Shown one piece after another: positions 50,158-60,827 of a stretch of DNA of 63,919 nucleotides. The notes below the pieces were generated by a model. It had not been told where the DNA came from. It did not search any database and saw nothing but the letters and a program-made list of their open reading frames with translations. The DNA is from Chiloscyllium plagiosum (taxonomy: Eukaryota). The DNA lies in NCBI RefSeq assembly GCF_004010195.1, contig NC_057720.1, forward strand, positions 35,142,792 through 35,206,710. The letters run 5' to 3'. Every line of letters starts with the position of its first letter. Positions within the stretch are counted from its first letter, which is position 1. Both the position numbers and the translations under genes were made by a program.

Positions 50158-51263
50158 CTGCAAAATGTAAGACCATGATGGTCAAGTATTTCAGGCAAAT
50201 ATATTACTTACAGCTATTACTAACTGGATCTTGCACATTAATCCACAATAGATAAGTCCTTAGCAGTGTTAACCTTAGGACATAATAATTCCACTGCTTT
50301 GCTGACCTGGTAAGTTATGACTTTTATATGTGTATTTAAATCTCTTCACCAGTATATCAAGCAGGCGCTTGGTGATACAATGCCTAATGATTCAGCTTCT
50401 TTATTTCACATCACAGGAACAGACAGTAATGGTCAGAGTCCCTCAATTCCAATTGGTACAACTTATCTCTCCATAAGAAATTAAATGTAATGAATCAACT
50501 ACAAATGTACAAATTCATTTCTAAGAGTATTCAGATTAAGGAAGTAGAACTCTTAGCATTAATAACGCAACTCTAAAAATCAAGTGAATAAAAACAAACA
50601 GTCTTAAACTAAATAACATTTAAGAATCAGGTCAGGCAAATAAACTTTCCTATTTGGCAAGAGATGCCTTTCTTGACTTAGTTCAGCCACCTGCAGTCTG
50701 ACCCTGCAGTATATCATAGAGAAACAGGTGTGACAGTCTGACTTTTAATTGTTGCTGTAATTACTGTCAAGAAACTGGCTCCAAAAAGAATGCTAAAATC
50801 CTAAAAGTGAATCATACTGTTTCCTTCATTTTCTCTAAAGTTAAAGAAAATCATTGGGAGGTTAGAGCTTGCCAAAGCTATACGATGTATAATCCCCTCG
50901 CCCCATCATTACCATCACTGCCCACAGTAACCCCACCTGTCAGTGCCCTCCCAAACCCTGTGTACATCTCCATTTCTGGCTACCTGTGAACCCCTGGTTT
51001 TGATGCTCCACCATTGTCGGCAGTGCTTTCAGTTGTCTGAGCCTTCAGTCTCTCTAAACCTCTCCATTTCTCGGCCTCTCAACTTTGAAGCTGTTTCTAA
51101 AAATCTATCTCTATGCGTAAGCTCTTGGTTGTTTTGTTTCAATAGCTCCTTAATAGTTATCGTGACAAAGTTTGTTTAATATTCTATCCTGAGATCCTTC
51201 CTTACAAACCTTTATTAAGCTGAACACTCATATAAGTCCAAATTGTTTCTACAATGCAAGGTA

Positions 51264-51578
51264 GAATTATAAAATCCCTACAATGTGGCCATTTGGCCCA
51301 TCAAATAAACACTGACCCTCTGAAGAGCATCCTACTCAGACCCAACCCCTCTACCCTATCCTTATATTTCCTCTGGCTAATCCACCTACCCTGCACAATA
51401 TGGGACACTACGGAGCAATTTACCATGGCCAATCCATCTCACATGCACATCTTTGGACTGTGGGAGGAAACCACACAGAGAAGGGGAAAACATACAAACT
51501 CCACGTGGACAGTTACCGAAGGCTGGAATCAAACCGAGGTCCCTGGGATGTGAGGCAGCAGTGCTAACCACTGTCCCA
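51264..51578 (-). mobile_element. HE1-like SINE (older)
   Basis: Reverse complement has the head (cagtggttagcactgctgcctcac) and the central domain. Confidence 0.85.
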
Positions 51579-51677
51579 ACATGTTACAGTAAACAAAGAT
51601 GGGCTTTTGAGGATGGGGTGATAGCAGTGGTTTCAAGGATTGAGGAATAATGATTGAGACAAGGAAACTATGCACAG

Positions 51678-51762
51678 AGGGTAAAAACAATGACTGCAGA
51701 TGCTAGAAACCAGAGTCTAGATTAGAGTGGTGCTGGAAAAGCACAGCAGTTCAGGCAGCATC
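51678..51762 (-). mobile_element. PLE terminal fragment including tail
   Basis: gtggtgctggaaaagcacagcagttcaggcagcatc matches 5085-5101 region, extended by gggtaaaaacaatgactgcagatgct. Confidence 0.65.
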
Positions 51763-53084
51763 TCTATACAGAGTTCTATATAGTAAGGGTGGAACAGGCA
51801 ATTCAGTAATCAAAGATCTTGAGAAAACAGGAAATAGGACTCCCATGAAGAAATGAACCCAGTGAGGTCTCAGGTGGCATTGGGAAGACATGAGAACAAT
51901 ATAAAGCATGAGGAAGAATAGGATACAATAGGGATTGCAAATGAAGAACTTTTGAGTTGAAGAATTCAATAATATCCTCAAACTTGACATTTGAGGGCAG
52001 GAATGAGTTGAACTTTTGAGGGATCAGAGGAGGTGGGGAGGGACAGCACTCAGGGATTGTCCTTATCCCTAATTATCACTAGACTATTAGACTAATTTGG
52101 CTTTTGGAAAGATGGGGAGAATAGAAAAAGAGGGAAAATGATAGGTTTTCTCAAGATGGTGGTTTTCAGATATGAGAGCATAGAGTTAAGATTATACTGG
52201 AGTTTATGGGCCTGAACAACATTGAGAGGAAAAAATAAAGCCAAAGGCACGACTGAGAATGTGCAGCACGACAGCATTATCCCAACAAATATGTATTTAG
52301 AAGGAGGGCTTGGAGTCTTCAAGCATGGACTGTGACAGCAGCTCAGTGGAAGTTGTGAAAAAATGTTTTTATGGTTGAGAAATACATTATTCAGGAATTA
52401 TTCTTACTTTATGTGCCCTCTCCTCCCCCATACAACCTTGAAATGATAAATAATCATACCCATTCAAGACAAACAGAGATTACTGAACACCTTACACCTA
52501 TCATCACTGACAAGAAAGGAGAGCACCATAATTACCCTGAGTACTGTCTGGAAAAATAGATGAACAAAAACTCAAGATGAAACTGGAGTCAAGAAAATTA
52601 TATGGCAAATAATACTTGCAGAAATAGGACTTATTTTCTATTCTAAGGTGTTGACAAATGTTTCTTCTTTTACACTTTTTTTCTTTTCTCTTCCTTCTCC
52701 TGCTTCCAGCAACTTCACGGAATCATATTTTCCATTTTTGTGTGTAAGTGTGGGGGCAAGTGTGATAGGTGGCAACTAACTTGCTATCGCCAGTGACCTA
52801 TTGCCTGCCAAGCCGCTTGCTAGGAGCTAATAGGCAAAGCCAGGATGACTTTCTCAGACTATCACAGGTCCTGTCATTGGTGTCCTGGTTCGCAAGAAGC
52901 TTCTGATAAGTTGAGTCATGGCTACTATGTCCTGAAGACCATCAGCAAAAGTCAAGCTTAAGAGGCCATCCCTTTGCCCACTATTTTGCTCAAAATAGAA
53001 CAATTGCACCCCCACCATTCCTGCACCAGCCTCAAACTAGCAGGTTTCCCCACTCAGAAAACTAACTTCCTCACTTCCCAGGGA

Positions 53085-53385
53085 GCCATTCTCTCTTACT
53101 GGTAAACATTTTCTCCATGTCCACTGTATCCAGACTGCTCAGTATTCTATAGATTTTAATCAGATCCCGCCCCCCTCATCCTTGTAAACTCCATCGAGTA
53201 CAGACCCACAGTCTTCAACCGCTCCTCATATAATAATCTCTTCATCCCCCAGATAATTTTTGTAAACCCCCGTGGGCCCCCTTGAGGCTTATCCTTGGAG
53301 GGGTCCAGTACACCCTTCCTTAGATATGGGATCCAAAACTGATCATAATATTCCAAATGTGGTCTATCCAGAGCCTTAGCGAACA
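53085..53385 (-). mobile_element. CR1 C-terminal fragment
   Basis: ORF 53156..53386 KALDRPHLEYYDQFWIPYLRK..YEERLKTVGLYSMEF. Confidence 0.8.
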
Positions 53386-55023
53386 ACTGGATTTTTATGA
53401 CAATCTGACAGATTCATGGTCAGTTTTACTGCTACCAGCTTTTTAAGACACTGTGTCTTTTTTATAGTGAATTCAAATTCCCAAGCTTCCATTAATATAC
53501 TAGTTCAGTTATGCAGGTGTCCACCATCCCAAATGGCATTGCACTATCATACCATGTGTGAGTAGCTGTGCTAGGTATAGGAACATGATTTCCTCATCCA
53601 ATTCCATGACATGATTTACTGTATTATGAGACATAGCTTCAGATTTTACACATACATGTTATATGTATAATTTGTTGACTGTGTTTTATACACTCTCATA
53701 ATAAATATAAATGTTGTTAAAAACTAACATTTGAAGCAATCAGATGCCTTTTATACAAGCAATAGTTTAGTTTTTGTACTAATGAAAATGCCAAATATTT
53801 CCTTGTACACTGTCTCACCTCCACCTAAATAATTAATTCCTTTCTCTGCCAGTACTTAATTGTAAAAAGCTGTCTTGTGTGAATTCAGTGCACTGAGGGT
53901 TATTTAATCTGAAACTGTCTTAGTAATATGTAATTCCACCAAGGAAACAAGAACAAACTCTACTGTATGAATCTAGCCTCTATATAATTACAGTAGATCA
54001 GATCAAATGATTAAAGCAAACTGAGGTCATCATCATTTTCTTCCGAGTTGCACAGAACCTTTAGTCTTTACCCATCTTATGAAAAACCTTTAGACCAACG
54101 TTGAAAGACGAATTGGCTAAATTAGACTCAGTTCCCAAATAACTGATGTAGACCAGGCTATAAAAGAAAGTTGAACATTCAAGGTCCTTGTGTTGCAAGA
54201 GCACATGTTGAATTGTTATGTTGGATCTTTTCCCATTTTAGATTAGATAGACCAGTTTTGAATAGTTATCTTTCAGAAGGGACGTTACATCCCATAAAAT
54301 TGACCTCTTTGTACTCAGTCCCTGTAATGCTCTCCCGTGTTAAACACTGCAGGAAGATCCCTCAGTTATTGAGTTATCAGGACTATTACAGCACAGTACT
54401 GCTGACAGCACGGACAATTGCTCATCTGATTAAAAAAGAACCTTTCTGAATTGGCCTTCTGATCATTGAACGAAGTCAGTTTGACTAAGAGGAAGAAATT
54501 TCTTGAGACAATCTACTGAAGTACGTGCAAAAAGCCATGTAAGCATGGGTTATTCATAGAATTTAATAGAGGAAATACATCAAATAGCAGGATCTTTAAG
54601 ATATTGTTTTAATAAAAAACATAAGTTAAATGTTGTCATTTTATAGTGGTTTCGAAACAGACATTCATCAAAGGTGACTTTGAACATGCAGACCAGGAGT
54701 ATTTCATAACACTGACTAACAAAATCAACAATATTAGTATATGAAAATATAAAAAACATAAAGAAAAGTGTCAGCAGAGTACTTCTTGACAAAGATGTTA
54801 AGGTTCTCCAGGGTTGGATGGTTTTTGGATCACAACTTTATGTAGCCTCAAACACTGCTATAGCCCAACTATTTTGAATGCTAAAGGAGGCAAAAATTCT
54901 AACCTTTTCTAAGTGACAAGAAAATTCATAAGAACTGAAGAAATAGGCTACTCATACCTTCAAGTCTTCTCTGCTGTTTGATAGGATCATGGAGGATCTA
55001 CTAAAGGCAATAAATCTACTTTC

Positions 55024-55392
55024 CTGAAAATGTGTTGCTGGAAAAGCACAGCAGGTCAGGCAGCATCCAAGGAGCAGGAGAAACGACGTTTCGGGCATGA
55101 GCCCTTCTTCAGGACTGTCCTGAGGTGGGGTAGGGCTAATTGCAGGGAATGTAGGTAGCGGCGCATGGCTGCAAGCGTGGAGCGGAGGATCCGGAGGGAG
55201 GTCTGTTGCTGGAGGCTTCGGATTTGTTGTAGGTACTGGTTGTCCTGGTTGGTCTGAATTTAGTCCTGAAGAAGGGCTCATGCCCGAAACGTCGATTCTC
55301 CTGCTCCTTGGATGCTGCCTGACCTGCTGCGCTTTTCCAGCAACACATTTTCAGCTCTGATCTCCAGCATCTGCAGTCCTCACTTTCTCCTA
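55024..55392. mobile_element. PLE insertion: inverted termini, each with a hammerhead core, enclosing a 146-bp ORF-like fragment
   Basis: Arms about 55024-55116 and 55262-55354 plus tail. Imperfect TSD aaatctactttcctg (55012-55026) and aaattcactttcctg (55397-55411). Inserted in an old CR1 3' UTR. Confidence 0.8.
55262..55297 (+). ncRNA. Minimal hammerhead ribozyme motif (best-formed copy)
   Basis: aguc CUGAAGA a GGGC ucau GCCC GAAAC GUC gauu. Stem I aguc/gauu has 4 bp including one G-U; stem II has 4 bp; ACGU palindrome. Confidence 0.7.
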
Positions 55393-55574
55393 GAAGAAAT
55401 TCACTTTCCTGCCTATTTCCCTATAACCTCTAAAACATTGCTGATTGAAAATCTGTTCAACTTCAACTTGAATATATTCAATGACTCAGTCTTCACTGCT
55501 CTCTGACAAATAATTCCAAACTAATAACACTGAGAAAAGAAATTCCTTCTCTAATTTGTCTAAAAATATTTGTC

Positions 55575-56255
55575 TTCCTTGAAAGTGGAGTCACAGGTAG
55601 ATAGGATAGTGAAGGCGTTTGATATGCTTTCTTTTATTGGAAAGAGCATTGAGCATTAGAGTTCAGAGGTCATGTTGCAGCTGTACAGGATATTGGTTGG
55701 GCCACTTTTGGAATATTGCACGCAATTTTGGTCTCCCTCCTATCAAAAGAATATTGTGAAACTTGAACGCGTTCAGAAAAAATTTATAAGGATGTTGTCA
55801 GAGTTAAAGGATTTGCGCTACAGGGAGAGGCTGAATAGGCTGGGGCTGTTTTCCCTTGAGTGTCGGAGGCTGAGGTGTGACCTTATAGATGTTTATAAAA
55901 TCATGAGGGGCATGGATAGGATAAATAAACAAGGTCTTTTCCCTGGGTTGGGAGAGTCCAGAACTAGAGGGTATAGGTTTAGGGTGAGAGGGGAAAAGTT
56001 TAAAAGGGATCTATGGGGCAACTTTTTCACGCAGATGGTGGTGCATGTATGGAACAAGCTGCCAGAGGAAGTGGTGGAGGCTGGTTCACTTGCAACATTT
56101 AAAAGGCATCTGGATGGGTCTATGAATAGGAAGGGTTTAGTGGAATATGGGGCAAATGCTGGCAAATGGGATTAGATTAGGTTGGGATATCTGATCAGTA
56201 CAGACAAGTTGGACAGAAGAGTCTATTTCTGTGCTGTACATCTCTATGACTCTAT
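55575..56255 (+). mobile_element. CR1/HER1-like LINE 3' end
   Basis: ORF 55672..56175 (LYRILVGPLLEYCTQFWSP...FFTQMVVHVWNKLP); tail ctctatgactctatg. Confidence 0.9.
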
Positions 56256-56555
56256 GTCTAAATGGAAAACCCATTATTTTAAGACCGTGTCTCCTAATTC
56301 TTCACACAACAAAAAGTCCTGCTATAAGAGAAATTCCTAGTGCAGCTCATCGTATTTTGTGAATTCTCTAATATTGATCACTGTAAGGTAGACTTGCCAC
56401 CACCCATTCTTTCAGGCAGGTATCTACAAAGGTACTTTGGCAGTATGAAAGAAGAAAACACTTGACAGTCTCAGTAGATAGGTTTTTGACTTAGATATAA
56501 TGTAGCTTATCACATGATACCAACTATATGCAAGTTAAATTAATATGATAGACAT

Positions 56556-56688
56556 TGTTACAGAGACTATGAGGAAAGCCTGAAAGGTAGGTCTTACTTC
56601 TTTGAATTCTTAAAGGTTTTCTCACCAACTAGATATGAAATCATCATAGTGGTAGTGTTAAAGGTACACCTCAGCATTAACCCATTCA
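56556..56688 (+). repeat. Short interspersed repeat, copy 1 (MITE-like or mini solo LTR)
   Basis: tgttacagagactatgagga...ggtaggtc...tctcaccaa...cctcagcattaac shared with 63337-63466. Confidence 0.65.
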
Positions 56689-57227
56689 GACTCTACCCAG
56701 CCAAGCCTCTTTCTATATTTCAATAAGTTCATCTCTCTTTCATCTAATCTAAGTATAGGCTTTTCAACCTGTTCAACATTTCCTCAGAAGACAATTGTTT
56801 AATTTCCTTTGCTAATGAATTATGAGCTAAAAAAAGAATGGGAGACACTGTTTAAAATTAGGGAGATTTTACTAAGGGATAGCTCCGGTTTTAAAAATTG
56901 TACAGAGTATGTTGTAAATTATTCCAGGATACAAAACAACACACAATGTTGCATATTCCTGGAACAGTGTGAGCAGAAGTAGATACCCTGGAGCTGAAAC
57001 TACTTTGCAATAATGTCTTGGTGATCTCCTGATCAGGTGACCAAGGCTTTCTGTGGGGCCAGATTAGTACAGAACCACCTAACATGCAAAAGAGAAAACA
57101 TGAAAAAACCACTTGGTGTCTCTCTCTCTCTTGTGTAGAGGCATCAGAACGTCTCCAGTAAAAGTGAGCTGTCTTCCACTCACTTTTTTCTACAAATACT
57201 CTATTAAAGAAGGAATGCACTTCCTTT

Positions 57228-57428
57228 AGAGGTTTAGTTCAGTTGGCTAGACAGTTGGTTTTTGAAGCAGTGTGATACCAACACTTGGGTTCAATCCCTG
57301 CACTGGCTGAGGTTCCATGCAGGACTCTCCTTCTTAAATTCTTGCCTCGCCTGAGGTATGATGGGCATCAGGTTAAATCACCACTGCCATCTCTCTCTCA
57401 CACAGTTTGGTAAGACTATAGCGACTTG
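57228..57428 (+). mobile_element. Third tRNA-derived SINE type, degenerate
   Basis: A-box-like tagttcagttgg and B-box-like gggttcaatccc (about 57287), with a body unlike HE1. Confidence 0.55.
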
Positions 57429-58519
57429 ACAATGCCTTCAAAGACAGTTTGTCACCCAATGAATGCAAGAGAGCAGTGTTGTGTAAACCATCTTGTGTCA
57501 ACAATGAAGAGCTAAAAGGAATCAAGAGAATGGAAAGGAAGAAATGCATTGCATCCTGTGGTCCAGACTGCAGCTGTCAAACAGTGCTTTACAGAATTCT
57601 TTTTTTTTGCTTACCATCCTTAATATCCATGTTTGTCTGTTTTTGTGTGTCTATGTATTTAGGAAGGGAAAACAAGTCTAAATTTTTATGAATTAGTCAT
57701 TCGTATTTCCTAATTGATTAAAGACAATTTGTGCATAATAAATTTTCTTGTTAAGTACAAAAACATTTTTCAGTCAGTAAGTTGGGGACTTGGTGGGTCT
57801 AGTGCACTTCCCAAGTGAATCATGACACAATTCTTCATTCCAGCAATCAATCGAGTGAACCATCTCTGAACTGCTTCCAATATATGCACATTCCTCCTTT
57901 CATAATAAGACCAAAGCTGTGTACAGTACTCCATCTGCAGTCTTGTCAATACCTATGCAACTGTAACAAGTCTTCCCTATTTTATACCCCATCCCCCTTA
58001 CAATAAATAGCAACATTCCATTGATCTTCCTAAAACTGCTTTTTAACTTTGTGATTCACATAAAAGGCCATTAAGATCACTCTCTACTGAATCCTGTAGT
58101 CTCTCTCTAACTGAACTCATATTCTACCTTCCTGCCAAAGTGGATAATCTCATAGTTTCCTACATTATATTTCATCTGCCATCCCTTACCCACTTACATA
58201 CCCTATCTGTATCCCTCTACATGCTCATTAGCCCAGATCTTCCAGTCTCTAGACAGGCAAAGACTAGACACAGCATAAAAGATGTATGTCAAGCCCCCAT
58301 AGGAAGTTCTCATGTGCTCATTACACAGTTATTGCCCAATTTGAAAGTTTAAACTTTTAATCAGCAATTACTCAGAATCTGAAACACCTGAAAAAGTCAT
58401 CAACTCTTGATTCAGCATGTTTTAAACTAATTACTTGCATGGATAAGTAATCAGAAAACCTAGATTGATAACCACTTTAACACCTGGCCAATTGTACAGC
58501 AGCAGGGTCCTGCCACAAC

Positions 58520-59370
58520 CACCACACTCATCCTCGAATCAGTGAGGGTGAATCCTCCAACCATCACATAGACCACCCTACTTCTCAACATTTGATGTGA
58601 TACCCCTTCCCAGCCGATTCCTCTCCCAGCCCAAATACCAGACAACCAACCACTCAACCTGATGTGCTTGGAAATCAAGTCCAGCCATTCCTGCTCATGT
58701 CTCTCAACCATTTAATAGCCACCTGACAATCTCACTCATTAGTTATCACACTCACCTGCCACACCACTTATCAATAATGCCACCCCAGCAACCATTTATA
58801 TCCCTCCATTCAAAACCTAGCTGCCACCTGACCACTTCACCCATTTCCCTGCCTGTTTCTTACCCACCATACACTTTAAAAATCACCTGCTGCTCCACCC
58901 TTCACCAAATTACCTGTTAACATATCCTCTCAGAACCTGGAACCTTACTTAATTGCCACTCTAACCTCCTCAAACACTAAGCTGCCACCTTGCCATCTTG
59001 CTTCTCTGCCACTTAGCCCACCTGCCACCCCACCCATCTGCCATCTTGCCCACCTGCCAACCTACTCAGTTGCTCCCCCACTTAACTGGCATACTATCCT
59101 CTCAATCACCTGGAAACCTACAGTTTCAAACACTCAACTAGCACCCTCCACCCAACTGCCAAAATATTCTCTAAATTAGCTGTCACTCTACTGCCTCACC
59201 AATTTCCTGCCACCGTATACCCTCATCAACCAATCTGGTACCCTACATGTACCTACCTTTACTCACCTCATTACCTACTTGACACACTAATCCTTCACTC
59301 ACTTACTTGTCAATCTACACCCTCACACTACTCTTCACATAAACACCTGCCATCTCTCAGTAGCTTGTCA
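58520..59370. repeat. C-rich low-complexity tract (ccacc/cacctgcc-like units)
   Basis: Strong C over G skew with many degenerate cacctgcc/ccactc units; similar tract at 62690-63240. Confidence 0.55.
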
Positions 59371-59579
59371 AAAAAGGCTTTGAGAATATTTGAAGATTTT
59401 GCTTTTTAGAATGTAGCATCTATTGCTGCAAAGGATGTGGCTTCTGGGAAGATTCTCTCTGACACTACTTACATAGTTTTTCTGGATTGAGTCTGTTGGG
59501 ATGAATCCTGGATTGGAAGATGGCTCAAATTCTCATAAAGATGAAAGGGTTAACTTTTGTTGATCTGGGTCAGAAATAA

Positions 59580-59930
59580 GGATTCCTACATAAATTAGAA
59601 GATTTAATATATCTGCCTCACAACTTGTTTTCTTACCTATCCTTATATCATCAGCAAATCTGGTTATAATACAGACTGTCTCGTCAGCTAAATCATGAAT
59701 ATAGATTACAAATAATTGAAACCCCAGCACTGATTCCAGCATTAGTCCATTAGTTACAGTTGTCACCCTGTAAATAACTAATTGTCTGACTTCTCTATTA
59801 GTTGTTGCTAAGCCAATCGTTTATCCTGCTAATATATCATCACCCCCCAACATGATTAACTCATTTTATTTGACAACTTACTAAACACCTTAGAAATAAA
59901 ACTACACTACATTTACTTGTTCCCTTTATA
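59580..59930 (-). mobile_element. Old CR1 RT fragment
   Basis: ORF 59533..59766 SVLGFQLFVIYIHDL..ITRFADDIRIG. Confidence 0.75.
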
Positions 59931-60109
59931 AGGAAAAATATTACAAATTGTGAAAATCTGAAATAAAAATATAAAATGCAGGAAATACACAGGAAATGCA
60001 GGTCAATCAAAATTCATAAGCAAGAAGTACTGGTATGGAGAGTTTGCAAAGTATTCTTTGCCAATTTAATCTCTCATCTAAGAACATTATAAACACAGAT
60101 TATGTTACA

Positions 60110-60665
60110 GATCAAAAAGATATGGTGTTGAAGGATTTTGTCTTACACTCATCAGACAAAAGCAAGAATGCAAAATTTCAAATAGTCACAGCAATTTATA
60201 CTACAGGGGAAAAGGGTGATGATTTGGGAAGTTAACTTTGATTGGCTAAGTTGCTGCAAAAGAGAAAATCATAGGGAATTATAGACCCTCAAAGATCCTG
60301 GGTAATCCACAAATGTGCAAAGCTTATATATACTTCTTATAGTTTACAAAGGATGGACCCGTGCATAGCTCTGTATGTCACTATTAGCAAGCGTAAATGA
60401 GCCAGTTATGAGCTTGACTGATTATTCTAAATTGGTTGTTAGTGCAATTTTTAATACACTAGTAATTGTTCACCAAGTGCTGCCTCATTGCACAACAATA
60501 TCTGACATTTTGGTTTTTCAAGTACAGGCTGTTTGAGTATAGTCTATTCTCTGCCTATTACAATAACCAAAGTAACATGTTGTTTAAATGGATCAGCTAT
60601 TCTCTGAGATATATGACACACATACTTGACATAGCGCCATCATTGAAATTCATATGCAACATTGT
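60110..60665 (-). mobile_element. Degenerate PLE GIY-YIG and 3' end (related to 26590-27225)
   Basis: Minus translation NVAYEFQ*..VKYVSYISQRIADPFKQHV. Degenerate gtCTGATGAgtgtaagac core at about 60143-60160. Confidence 0.65.
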
Positions 60666-60699
60666 TCAATTGTGCAGTAAGGAGAACATCTTAAAAATT

Positions 60700-60827
60700 G
60701 AAAAAACTGTAGATGCTGTAAATCCGAAACAAAACAGAAATTGCTGCAAAAGCTCAGTAGCTCTGGCAGCATCTGTAGAGAGAAATTAGAGTTAACGTTT
60801 CAGGTTGAGTGACCCTTCCTCAGAATT
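60700..60827 (-). mobile_element. PLE terminus with hammerhead core
   Basis: aatt CTGAGGA agggtcactcaacct GAAAC GTT aact (minus, 60789-60827). Confidence 0.7.

Noticed and set aside
52240..52330. Possible Harbinger transposase C-terminal remnant (IMLSCCTF, minus)
   Set aside because: Too short and degenerate to support without alignment.
59472..59563. Minus-strand exon-like segment ending in gtaagt
   Set aside because: Stops in all three frames, and the acceptor lies at the edge of a CR1 fragment.
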